Shown: positions 8,235-17,325 of the stretch, piece by piece
Position numbering within the stretch: position 1 is the stretch's first letter
How the letters are laid out: each line of letters begins with the position of its first letter
Source: Halomicronema hongdechloris C2206
Lineage (GTDB): Bacteria; Cyanobacteriota; Cyanobacteriia; Phormidesmidales; Phormidesmidaceae
Assembly (NCBI RefSeq): GCF_002075285.3
Contig: NZ_CP021983.2
Coordinates: forward strand, 2,700,001 to 2,732,000
Reading direction: 5' to 3'
DNA length: 32,000 bases
Notes under the pieces: generated by a model
The model's input: the letters and a program-made list of their open reading frames with translations, nothing else
The model's database searches: none
What the model was told of the DNA's origin: nothing
Position numbers and translations under genes: made by a program

Positions 8235-9188
8235 CTATTCATCCCAGAGGTTGGCTAGGGTGTAGGGGCCGCCCTCGACTACCCAGAATTCGCCGCTGAC
8301 GTAGCGATGATGGCGGTCTAACCGTGCGATCGCAGCCATGTCATCTGGCGTCAGCGACACCTTAGCCGCCGCCAGATTTTGCTCGATGCGGGCCGGTGTG
8401 ACTGACTTAGGAATCACGGCGGTGCCACGGTGGATGGCCCAGCTGATTAACACCTGGGCTGGGGTGACCTGATGATTAGTTGCGATCGTTGCGATGGTGG
8501 GATCATCTAACAGCACCGGATCGGTAGCCGCCTTGAGGGAGTCAGGCCGATCAGCAGATCCTAAGGGAGAATAGGCGGTCAGATGAATCCCCTGATCCCG
8601 ACAAAACTGCAGCATAGCCGGCTGCTGCAGGTAGGGATGCAGCTCGATCTGGTTCATTTCCGGCTTGATTCGGGCCGCTGTCAGCAGCGAGGTCAGCTTG
8701 GCAATGCTGCAATTAGAGACGCCAATGTGGCGGCACAGCCCCTTGTCCAGCAGCGCCTCCATGGCTGCCCAAGTGGTAGTGAGGGGCAGCTCATCCAGAG
8801 GAATCATCTTCTCTGGGGTGAGGGGAAAGCTCGCTCCCGGTTTCAGGCAAACAGGCCAGTGAATCAAATACAGATCCAGATAGTCCAACTGCAGATTAGC
8901 CAGGGTCTTTTCCAAAGCCGGCTGCACCTGCTCAGGGGCATGGGAATCATTCCAGAGTTTGGAGGTAATCCACAGCTCGTCCCGAGCCACCACATTGTCC
9001 CGGAAAGATTCCGCCAGGGCGCGGCCAATCTCGGCTTCGTTGCCATAGATGAAGGCGCAATCAATGTGGCGATAGCCGAGGCGGATTGCCGTCTTCAACG
9101 CCCCGTACACCTCACCAGGTTTAGACTTCCAAGTGCCTAATCCCAACACCGGCATCTGATCACGGTTGCTAAATTGTAAGGTCTTCAT
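8235..9188 (-). CDS. Aldo/keto reductase family oxidoreductase
   Basis: 317 aa. LGLGTWKS, GYRHIDCAFIYGNE, LWITSKLWN, LDYLDLYLIHWP and IPKSVTPARIEQN are AKR hallmarks. Confidence 0.9.
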   Translation of the reverse strand: MKTLQFSNRDQMPVLGLGTWKSKPGEVYGALKTAIRLGYRHIDCAFIYGNEAEIGRALAESFRDNVVARDELWITSKLWNDSHAPEQVQPALEKTLANLQLDYLDLYLIHWPVCLKPGASFPLTPEKMIPLDELPLTTTWAAMEALLDKGLCRHIGVSNCSIAKLTSLLTAARIKPEMNQIELHPYLQQPAMLQFCRDQGIHLTAYSPLGSADRPDSLKAATDPVLLDDPTIATIATNHQVTPAQVLISWAIHRGTAVIPKSVTPARIEQNLAAAKVSLTPDDMAAIARLDRHHRYVSGEFWVVEGGPYTLANLWDE

Positions 9189-9420
9189 CCGCTTTCCCGA
9201 TCGACTGATTCCACCCTAACCTACGAATTGAGGCCAGCTCCCTTGTCTAGTACTCCGCGGTAGAGATTGGCCTCGCTGTCAGAAATAATGCCTAGACGCG
9301 GCTCGTGTTGGGTCTATACTCAGCTGCCAAGATGCTCAGAGAGACAGTAGGTTAGACATAGGCAGCCCCACTGACGGGCTACCCGCTTGTCCCTAGACCC
9401 CATCGCTTTCTGTCGCTCCT

Positions 9421-10968
9421 ATGGTCTCCATCCTTGACCCGGCCATCTCCACCAAGATTCGCAAGATGCAAGGGCGAGTCCGTTGGCAGCATCCGCTAAT
9501 TCAGCGAGCCCATATCGACCAGACCCGGTTGCAGATAGAGGACACTTCTCCTGCTCAGGAGGCCTTTTCATTTTTGGTGATTGGTGACAGTGGCTCTGGG
9601 CCCCACCCCGATCATCATCCCCAGCGCCGCATTGCTCGGCGCATGGTGCCCCATCTAGAGGACTGTAGTTTTCTCTTGCACACGGGGGATGTGGTCTATC
9701 AGGTGGGGTCGAGCGAACAATATCCGGCCAATTTCATCGCACCCTACCGGGACTGGTTAGTGGGAGGTGAGCAGCCTCAGCACATTGCCTATGACGCCAT
9801 GGTGTTTCGCCATCCCTTTCTGCCGGTGTTGGGCAACCATGATTACTATAATCTGCCCGCCCTCTACGGGTGGCTGATTCGGGCCAGCAAGCCCCTGCGA
9901 CGGTGGTTGGGCAACCTAGAGCCCAATGTGGGCTGGCACGGCTCCTACGATGGCGATGCCTTTGCCCGGGCCTTTCTAGATTATCTGAAAGGAGTGCCGG
10001 CGGCTCAATTGCCCCAGCACTTGCAGACCCATTACACGGTCCCAACCGACACAGGGTATTGCTTGCGATATCGCCCCGGGCAGTTCACTCGCTTGCCGAA
10101 TCGCTATTACCAATTTCGCCATGGTGATATCGACTTTTTTGCCCTCGATTCCAGCACCTTTAATGCCCCTGCTCCCAGTGCCTCTGAAGACTATCGACGG
10201 CAGTTGCAGCGCCGGCGGCAGGCGGTGCACCACCAACGGCAACAGGTGCTAGAGGAAGCGGCCCAACTGCACCGCCAAGGGGAGACGGTGGCTGAGCGCT
10301 GGGATGATTTGCAGGCTAAGCTGGAGCAATTTGATGAAGTGCTGTTGGACCTGGAGAAGCAACTACCACCGCCGGATGCGTCACCGCCGCAGGCCCTCCA
10401 TGTGGATTGGCAGCAGTTAGAGTGGCTGGCACAGCGGTTGATTGCCTCTTGGCGCACGCCGACGGTACGGGGACGGGTGCTCTATTTTCACCATCCTCCC
10501 TATGTGAGTGAGGTGACCAAGTGGCACCAGGGCCAGACTTTGGCGGTGCGTCAGCATCTGCGCTGGGTGCTGGATCGGGTAGCGGTGGCGGTATCACCGT
10601 CCCCTAGTGGGCAACCGTTGGTGGATTTGGTGCTCTGTGGTCATGCCCACTGTTTTGAATACCTGCGCACGGTGGAGACAGGCCATGGCGACGCCCATCT
10701 CAATTGGATTGTCTGTGGTGGCAGTGGCCTCAGTTTACGGCGGCAGCGACCGGAGGGGGCAGACCTCTATGAGGGCAACCACTTGGTGGCTAAGTCGCAA
10801 TTGTTTGTGGGGCTGACGGGCCATCGTTCGGAACGACGGCGTCCCTATTCGTTTCTGCGGATCGATGTGCAGCCGGGGCACCCTCCTAAATTCGTGGTGC
10901 GGCCCTATATTTCAGAGCGCTACCACCAGCAGTGGCAGGATTACGGCTTGGCACAGTTGGTGCTGTAG
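9421..10968 (+). CDS. Metallophosphoesterase family protein with an inserted charged coiled-coil segment
   Basis: 515 aa. The GDSGSG, HTGDVVYQ, LGNHDYY and CGHAHCFEY motifs are present. An R/Q/E-rich insert spans roughly residues 250-320. Confidence 0.8.
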   Translation: MVSILDPAISTKIRKMQGRVRWQHPLIQRAHIDQTRLQIEDTSPAQEAFSFLVIGDSGSGPHPDHHPQRRIARRMVPHLEDCSFLLHTGDVVYQVGSSEQYPANFIAPYRDWLVGGEQPQHIAYDAMVFRHPFLPVLGNHDYYNLPALYGWLIRASKPLRRWLGNLEPNVGWHGSYDGDAFARAFLDYLKGVPAAQLPQHLQTHYTVPTDTGYCLRYRPGQFTRLPNRYYQFRHGDIDFFALDSSTFNAPAPSASEDYRRQLQRRRQAVHHQRQQVLEEAAQLHRQGETVAERWDDLQAKLEQFDEVLLDLEKQLPPPDASPPQALHVDWQQLEWLAQRLIASWRTPTVRGRVLYFHHPPYVSEVTKWHQGQTLAVRQHLRWVLDRVAVAVSPSPSGQPLVDLVLCGHAHCFEYLRTVETGHGDAHLNWIVCGGSGLSLRRQRPEGADLYEGNHLVAKSQLFVGLTGHRSERRRPYSFLRIDVQPGHPPKFVVRPYISERYHQQWQDYGLAQLVL

Positions 10969-11007
10969 GGGGCTGCGAGAGACTCTAGGCCAAGGGAGTG
11001 ACCCCAG

Positions 11008-11922
11008 CTATGCCCCTTTGCCGCCGGTGGCTTCCCCCAGGGCTAATCCCAGATCCCGGAAGTAGCGAATGGCTAGGACCAGCAAGATCACTGCGGAGAT
11101 GACAACCTGTAGCAGGTAAATCTGATAGGTGTAGCCAAGGGAGGGAGGGAGGTCTGCCGAGGACAGTTGCCCGAGTAGCCAGGTGTAGGGATCCCAGAGC
11201 AGTGGTCCCAGGATACAAGACTGTCGAGAAATGCAGAGATCGGTAGCACCAACCCCAAGACGACTGATGCTGGCCAGCGAGGCGTCTAACTGCCCCAGGG
11301 TGGTTAAGACTAAACCGCCCAAAACTAGCAACAGCAATCCCCCTCCCAGTTGAAAAAATCGCGCTAGGGAGAGTTGGCGACCAACCAGGGCGATGCCAGT
11401 GGCGATGGCCAGGGCTAAGGCACCGGCCAGGAGGATAGCGATCGCCATCGCTGCCAGGGGGATATCTTTGGGCAACTCCAGAGTGATGGCGATGCCCCCT
11501 TGCAGCATCAGGATACAGGTGCCACTGAATAGGCTCCAGCCGGTGGTTTCACTCTGTTGTTTGGGTGCGGCGATGCGCTCGTTCCAGTCGGCGTTGAGCC
11601 AGCGGGCTTGGCGGGCTAACCAGAGCAGAATCCAGCTGAGTAGGACCAATGCGATCGCACCGAAGAGCACCTCTAGGGAGGCACCGATAATCTCCCCTAG
11701 CTCAGGAAGTACCGGGGTGATCTGTTGTAATTCCTGTTGAAGCACCACTGCCAGTAAGCCACTACCCACACCACCAACGATCACGCCACCGTAAAGCCAG
11801 CGACCCAGGCTGGGTTGCTTGGCCTGCTCTAGGCAGGCCGACAAAATTCCCACAGTCATGGCCGCCGCCAGGCTGTGGCTTAAAAACAGCACTATTAATG
11901 GTCCCATCACACTACTAGCCAT
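11008..11922 (-). CDS. FTR1/EfeU-like polytopic membrane protein lacking both REXXE motifs
   Basis: 304 aa, about 7 TM helices. From memory, the layout and the blocks LLSWILLWL, ARFFQ and SCILGPLLW resemble cyanobacterial FTR1. No RE..E motif occurs anywhere. The start overlaps the upstream stop (TAATG). Confidence 0.55.
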   Translation of the reverse strand: MASSVMGPLIVLFLSHSLAAAMTVGILSACLEQAKQPSLGRWLYGGVIVGGVGSGLLAVVLQQELQQITPVLPELGEIIGASLEVLFGAIALVLLSWILLWLARQARWLNADWNERIAAPKQQSETTGWSLFSGTCILMLQGGIAITLELPKDIPLAAMAIAILLAGALALAIATGIALVGRQLSLARFFQLGGGLLLLVLGGLVLTTLGQLDASLASISRLGVGATDLCISRQSCILGPLLWDPYTWLLGQLSSADLPPSLGYTYQIYLLQVVISAVILLVLAIRYFRDLGLALGEATGGKGA

Positions 11923-12851
11923 TACTCCTCGGCAGCCAGGCCAATCTGCTGCAGTCGCTGATTCAAATAGGCCGCCGCTGTCCAGCGGGGAAATCGCTCC
12001 CTGCCGCCAGTACGGGCCACACAGTCAGGCTGGGGACTCAGATCCACCTGGGGCCGAGGATGGACGAAAAACGGCATCGAGAGGCGCCCCTGGCCAGATT
12101 CTGGCCCATTCACCACCCGATGAGTCGTGCTCTTCAGCCAGCCATTGGTTAGGTTCTGCAACATATCGCCCGTATCGACGATAATCTGCCCCGGTGCCGC
12201 CTGCACCGGCAACCAGCGGCCATCGCGGCTATGAATTTCCAACCCCGGTGCCGTCGCCTCACAGAGCAGTGTAATAAAATTGATGTCCTCATGGGGCGCT
12301 GCCCGTAAGCTGCCAGGGGGGGCTGCCGCGGGAACCGGGGGATAATGGGCCAGGCGCAGCACCGTCTTGCCGCCGATAACCATGTCCTGCAACCAGGTCC
12401 GCGATTGCCCTAGGTAGAGGGCACAGACCTCTAACAGTTGCGCCGCACAGGCGTCGAGTTGGCCATAGAGGCTTATCATCGCTGGCCGAAAGCCAGGCAC
12501 TTCAGCTGGCCAGGGAGCATTTGCACTCTCTAAATCGCACCGATTGACATGCCAAAATTCCTTCAGATCCGGCAGGAGGCAATCCTTGGCATGCTCCCGG
12601 CCAAAGCGGGTAAAGCCCCCCTGCCCTTTCATGTCAGGATGCTCGTATTGCAGCTTTGTCTGCAGGGGTAACTCGAAGAACCGCTGAGTCATCTCATAGG
12701 CCGAGGCAATCAGCTGGGCATCGATGCCTGGATTAGCCAAGACGAAAAATCCCACCTCTGCCAACGCCTGCCCTAAGGCATCCACAAAGTCAGCTGTCGT
12801 GGCCTCAGCCCGATAATCCTGTAAGTCAAGGCAAGGAATTGTGGAGATCAT
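11922..12851 (-). CDS. 2OG-Fe(II) oxygenase (isopenicillin N synthase-like family)
   Basis: 309 aa. LRLAHYPP, APHEDINFITLL and STTHRV give an HxD...H facial triad plus the RxS-like region. Confidence 0.85.
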   Translation of the reverse strand: MISTIPCLDLQDYRAEATTADFVDALGQALAEVGFFVLANPGIDAQLIASAYEMTQRFFELPLQTKLQYEHPDMKGQGGFTRFGREHAKDCLLPDLKEFWHVNRCDLESANAPWPAEVPGFRPAMISLYGQLDACAAQLLEVCALYLGQSRTWLQDMVIGGKTVLRLAHYPPVPAAAPPGSLRAAPHEDINFITLLCEATAPGLEIHSRDGRWLPVQAAPGQIIVDTGDMLQNLTNGWLKSTTHRVVNGPESGQGRLSMPFFVHPRPQVDLSPQPDCVARTGGRERFPRWTAAAYLNQRLQQIGLAAEE

Positions 12852-13094
12852 TCTGGCAACTGCCGTGTGAAGGCTTGGTGAAGCTATCGGCTCTTAATGT
12901 TCACTTTACCGCCTCTTTAGGCTGACCTGGGATGCTCGGGGCACTGGCCTGTCAGACGGTGATGGGTAAAAGGTTGCAGGGCAACTACTCCAGAGCCACG
13001 GATTGTCCTCACTGCCAGAGACCACAGGTCGTAAACAATGGGCGGCAAGCGATTTAATGAGCGCACCGGCACCCCAATGGCCCGCCTGCGAGCC

Positions 13095-13640
13095 CTAGTT
13101 CAGTGACAGCCACGGCGTTGAATAGCAGCGAAGGGGCGGGGGCGCGAGCGACGGGCTGCATTTTCGGGACGCCTCATTCAACGCGAGTGTCCCAGTCGTT
13201 ATCACACCCGCAAAGTCTAATGCAGATACGCCAATATGCTGCCCTATATGGAGGTTATGGAAGAACTCACACAGACTCTCAGCTCCCACTCCACGTTTGA
13301 TGCCAAACACATAGATGGCTGCCACCACCAGTCGTTTTAGCCACTGCTCGCCAGCAGAGGTTTCCCAAAACATTGAGCCTAAATTCTGATGACGACGCTT
13401 CAATGCCTGTTGATGACGAGGGACACTGCTTTTGGAAATTCCGGTGGCGGCGGCGATTGACCGAATTGTTTGAGAGCCCTTGTCTGCCAGCCTCGCTGCG
13501 ATTTGCTGATAGTGATTATCGTATCCTCGGAATCGTCTTTGAGGATACGATACTGGCCCTAGCGCTCTATCGCAGGGTTTTCCTATGTAGGCTTTTGTCC
13601 CGCTTTATGTGGATAGCCGTCAAACTTATCTTTTAGACGC
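13095..13640 (-). pseudogene. Transposase remnant: N-terminal HTH region only, no start codon, C-terminally truncated
   Basis: The minus-strand frame reads ...SYPQRRFRGYDNHYQQIAARLADKGSQTIRSIAAATGISKSSVPRHQQALKRRHQNLGSMFWETSAGEQWLKRLVVAAIYVFGIKRGVGAESL..., then degenerates. An upstream stop at about 13630 has no ATG/GTG/TTG after it before 13403. IS family not assignable by eye. Confidence 0.6.
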
Positions 13641-14061
13641 TTGATGACATTTGGAATTCATAAAAGTTGACGCCTTAAATCCCTTGATATCAAGCGTTTC
13701 GAGCTTATGGCACTTCGTCGCGGCTACCCTTCAGTTACCCCTAATATTTGATCCTTTTAGAACATTAGTTTCTTATCTCAATAAGTTACATATTTGTTAC
13801 TACTTGCAGCATCTTGGAATTCCGAATACCATCTGAAACTGTGAGGTCTTGCACAGATTTAATCGGAAAGTTAAACGGAGTTTAAAGCATAATCAACTTT
13901 TCTTTTGCAGGCTGACTGAGCTATTGGGATAGTAGCAGTTTATCTATGCTAGCTTAGTTTCTCGAAGTTGATTTTCAAGGTTACACGCGTGTTACCGATT
14001 AGGAGGTCACTTAATCGGCAACATCCGGGTATATGATTTTTTAGTAGGATGGATAACTAAA

Positions 14062-14949
14062 ATGCAGAAGCGTGTACTTGTTTACGGTGCAACAGGTGTC
14101 CAGGGAGGACCTGTTGTCAGCCAGCTTTTGAAAGCTGGATTTACGGTCAGATTATTGGTTCGAGATCGCCACAAAGCTGAGTTTTGGCAGCAAGCAGGTG
14201 CCGAACTTGCTTTCGGTGATCTGGGCGATCATCCTAGTTTGGAGAAGGCCAATAGAGACGTAGACAGAGTCTTTTTGCAGCTGCCACTAGAGTTTACTGA
14301 AACTGTCTTTGAGTATGGCAGAAACGCGATTGAGGCTGCTCAGGAAGCTGGCGTAGAATTATTAGTTTTTAACACCAGCGTACTGGTGCCAGAAGCAAAA
14401 ACTGGCGTAAAAGCTTTAGATCTCAAGCATGATGTTGAATGTTACCTCCGAGAAAGTGGCTTGCCTTACATAATTCTGCGACCCACTTTTTATATGGAGA
14501 ACTTGGCGGCTCCTTGGTCTATTCCCAGTATCATGCAGCAGGGAACGGTTGCCTATCCGATGCCGAGCGATTTTTGCGCCTCTTGGATCAGTGTTGAGGA
14601 TATGGCTGCGTATGTCGTGCAAGCCTTGAAAAATCCAGAACTAGCTGACTCAGTGTTTAACATTGGAGGACCAGAAGTGCTCGCGGCAGAGGATATTGCC
14701 AAAAAGTTCGCCCACGCTTTAAATCGTCAGATTGATTATTATCCTATCCCGCTGAATCAATTTGAAGAACAAATCAATGCTGTGATCGGGGAACCTGTAG
14801 GAACTGAGATTACAGCCTTATATCGCTGGTTTGTGACTCAGCCGCAGTCACCAGCAGCGCTCAATCTTGATTCGGTTCTACAAAAGCTGCCAGTGCAGTT
14901 AACACCGATGAAAGACTGGATTCACAAGAAGGATTGTTTTGCCGCATAG
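14062..14949 (+). CDS. NmrA-like NAD(P)-binding (atypical SDR) protein
   Basis: 295 aa. VLVYGATGVQGGPVVSQLLKAGFTVRLLVRD is a Rossmann GxxGxxG motif, and the NmrA-like length fits. Codon usage is AT-rich. Confidence 0.8.
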   Translation: MQKRVLVYGATGVQGGPVVSQLLKAGFTVRLLVRDRHKAEFWQQAGAELAFGDLGDHPSLEKANRDVDRVFLQLPLEFTETVFEYGRNAIEAAQEAGVELLVFNTSVLVPEAKTGVKALDLKHDVECYLRESGLPYIILRPTFYMENLAAPWSIPSIMQQGTVAYPMPSDFCASWISVEDMAAYVVQALKNPELADSVFNIGGPEVLAAEDIAKKFAHALNRQIDYYPIPLNQFEEQINAVIGEPVGTEITALYRWFVTQPQSPAALNLDSVLQKLPVQLTPMKDWIHKKDCFAA

Positions 14950-15005
14950 GTGAGCAGATTCTCAAATCTTCCGAGTAAGAAATTTGTTGAAAGGACTAGA
15001 AAAAG

Positions 15006-15731
15006 ATGAGTCTTTCCGATCCACCTACTGCTTTTTACTCGACAGGAATTTCAATGAATACTCTCTATGAATATCTTGAATCGAAAGAAAACAAATTCAG
15101 GCAACACTCATTCTTCAGAAACCTAAAATCTGTTGATTCCTTAAGTCAATTAGCTTTAGTGGCAGCGCAATTGTCCTTTTGGGTAATGTCTTTTCAGGAT
15201 TTGTTAAGGCTTAATATTGAGCAAGTACAAGATAAAAAACTGAGTCGCCTCTTGCGATGTCATCAAACAGAAGATGCCGGTCATGAAGAATGGTTCTTGC
15301 ATGACTTAGCAGTAATGCAAATCGCGGAACCTAGACTTCGCACACTCTATAGTCAGACACATACGCCTACTCGCGATGCCACTTATTTTGTCCTCGCACA
15401 AGTCTTTGAAGCTCAAAGTGATCACGAGCGGATTGCGCTACTACTCACAATCGAGTCAGCAGCACAGGTTTTTTTTAGTCAAGTTGCTGACTTTTCAGAA
15501 CGGCTTAAAGTCTCTAAAGACTTGATGTATTTCTCAAATCATCACTTAAACGCCGAGGAAAGCCACGATTCTCTAGATCATGATATGGAGAACTGTTTAA
15601 ACCGAATGTGGCTGACGGAAGACAAAAAGAGGATCGTTTATAGCCTGATTGATCGGGTTTATCATGCTTTCTCTATTTTGTTCGATCACTTCAATGCCAC
15701 TTTAGTGGAAAACCTTTCTGTTTCTGTTTAA
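15006..15731 (+). CDS. Heme-oxygenase-like diiron (HDO / iron-containing redox enzyme) family candidate
   Basis: 241 aa, all-helical composition. Candidate ligands are E89/D90...H93 (or H99), E150 and H180-x3-E184-x2-H187 (HHLNAEESH). An alternative start is M17 (15054). Confidence 0.6.
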   Translation: MSLSDPPTAFYSTGISMNTLYEYLESKENKFRQHSFFRNLKSVDSLSQLALVAAQLSFWVMSFQDLLRLNIEQVQDKKLSRLLRCHQTEDAGHEEWFLHDLAVMQIAEPRLRTLYSQTHTPTRDATYFVLAQVFEAQSDHERIALLLTIESAAQVFFSQVADFSERLKVSKDLMYFSNHHLNAEESHDSLDHDMENCLNRMWLTEDKKRIVYSLIDRVYHAFSILFDHFNATLVENLSVSV

Positions 15732-15821
15732 TGGATCTCTCCATTCAGAAACTTATTTGCTGTTGAATTTGAGCTTTGACGATAACGTGGACGGTATTTC
15801 AGTGAAACTTTGAGGGAAATA

Positions 15822-17075
15822 ATGGGTAATCAGTGCTCGGTAACACTATTTCTAAGCGTAGCCTCAACCCTGATGTGTTTTTCTGGTGCTGCACAGGCGG
15901 CTAGCCTGACTACCATTGCCAGTAATTTGAATAATCCGAGAGGCATTACATTTGGACCTAATGGTGGTTTGTATATTGCTGAAGCGGGTGTTGGCGGGAA
16001 TGGTATTGTTGTCCCTGCACCAGAGTTAAATTCAATTCAAACCTTTGGATTGTCTGGATCAATTACTCGTGTTCGGGATGGGGTTCAAGAACGTGTTTTA
16101 ACAGATTTACCATCGCTAGCATTAATCCCAGAAGGCGCGACCCCTCCAGAACAGGCAGGAGCTTTGCTACCTGCAACAGGAGCTCATGATATCGAGTTCG
16201 ATCAAAATGGTAATCCCTATGTGCTGTTTGGCTATGCCACAACGACGGATCAGCAAGACGCTCTTTCGGCAGTGGGTGGTGATGATCTAGGCTCATTAAC
16301 TGCCTTCAATATTAATGAGGATGACTCTTGGCAGCGCGGCGAATTTTCAATTGATTTAGTGGAGTTTGAGGAGTTAGATAATCCCGATGATGGGGCGTTT
16401 CTCAACAATCCATTTGATTTAGAGATTATAGGAGAAACGTTCTATATTGCTGATCCCGGAGGTAATAATTTTTACTCTGCGGATCTTGACGGTAATGTCG
16501 CGCTCAACGCTGTGTTTCCACCTGAAATGATTGAAGGAACTGATTTTGAGCGCGTGCCGACTTCCGTTGCTGTAGGACCAGATGGCGCTTTCTATATTGG
16601 TGAACTGACTGGCAACTTCTCACCACCGGGTAGTGCCCGAGTGCTGAGATTGCTCCCAGGCGGCGAACCTGAAGTGTTCGCGGAGGGATTTACACAAATC
16701 ATCGGCCTCGACTTCGACAGCAAAGAGAACCTCTATGTCCTAGAGTTTTCGGTCAATCCTGATGCACCGATTCCAACCGACGGTTCCGACCAAGAGTTTA
16801 CAGGTGCCCTATTCAAGGTGGCTGCGGATGGCAATCGCAGCACCGTTATTGGCCCCAACGAAGGGCTTGTAGGACCCGGCGGTATTACGGTTGGCCCTGA
16901 TGATGCGGTCTATATTTCGAATTTTGGAACTACGGTAGGCACCGGACAGGTGGTTCGAGTTGATGCTGCAGCATCTGTACCAGAGCCCTCTTCGGCTTTG
17001 GCAGTATTGAGTGTAGGAATGACTGGAGGAATCTTGCTGAAGCGACGGAAGTGGACGCCCTTAGAAACGGCCTAG
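15822..17075 (+). CDS. ScyD/ScyE-family-like beta-propeller protein with signal peptide and C-terminal PEP-CTERM sorting signal
   Basis: ATG 15822 sits 5 nt after GAGGGA. Signal peptide MGNQCSVTLFLSVASTLMCFSGAAQA; LNNPRGITFGPNGGLYIAEAGVGGNG...SGSITRV...LPSLA; C-terminal VPEPSSALAVLSVGMTGGILLKRRK. Confidence 0.7.
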   Translation: MGNQCSVTLFLSVASTLMCFSGAAQAASLTTIASNLNNPRGITFGPNGGLYIAEAGVGGNGIVVPAPELNSIQTFGLSGSITRVRDGVQERVLTDLPSLALIPEGATPPEQAGALLPATGAHDIEFDQNGNPYVLFGYATTTDQQDALSAVGGDDLGSLTAFNINEDDSWQRGEFSIDLVEFEELDNPDDGAFLNNPFDLEIIGETFYIADPGGNNFYSADLDGNVALNAVFPPEMIEGTDFERVPTSVAVGPDGAFYIGELTGNFSPPGSARVLRLLPGGEPEVFAEGFTQIIGLDFDSKENLYVLEFSVNPDAPIPTDGSDQEFTGALFKVAADGNRSTVIGPNEGLVGPGGITVGPDDAVYISNFGTTVGTGQVVRVDAAASVPEPSSALAVLSVGMTGGILLKRRKWTPLETA

Positions 17076-17325
17076 CCTTCTATAAAGGAGCGTACTGGAC
17101 ATTGCTGCTGAAGTTTGGCAGCTTTTTGTCAAAGCTGAACTTCTATATGTATGGGCTAATATTTGTTCAGTACGCTTCTACTTGCATTTTAGTTGCCGTA
17201 CTCGCAATGTCTTTAACTACTTCTAATATGGAGCGCTCTCGATTGCCCAGATATTTTTGATGTCAAAATTTGTCAGTTCACCTGTAGCTTGTAATTGCTG
17301 AAAATAGCGAACCAGATATCTGAGC

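Noticed and set aside
13641-13690. Possible second IS6-type inverted repeat at the left border, which would make the insert a pseudo-compound transposon
   Set aside because: Only the 8-mer GTCAACTT plus a nearby GAAT is shared with the candidate IRL at 24540-24560. That is compatible with chance in AT-rich DNA.
13780-13800. gttacatatttgttac, considered as an NtcA (GTA-N8-TAC) site upstream of the island genes
   Set aside because: It is a direct GTTAC repeat rather than the GTA...TAC dyad, and it is not positioned relative to any identifiable -10 box.
13651-13836. 61-aa ORF in the AT-rich leader of the island
   Set aside because: TTG start, no RBS, low-complexity hydrophobic translation in a promoter-like AT-rich region. 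There is no support as a gene or RiPP precursor.
17051-17260. 69-aa ORF overlapping the 3' end of the ScyD/E-like gene
   Set aside because: Alternative-start ORF overlapping a strong gene, with AT-rich, hydrophobic, nonsense-like sequence and no RBS.
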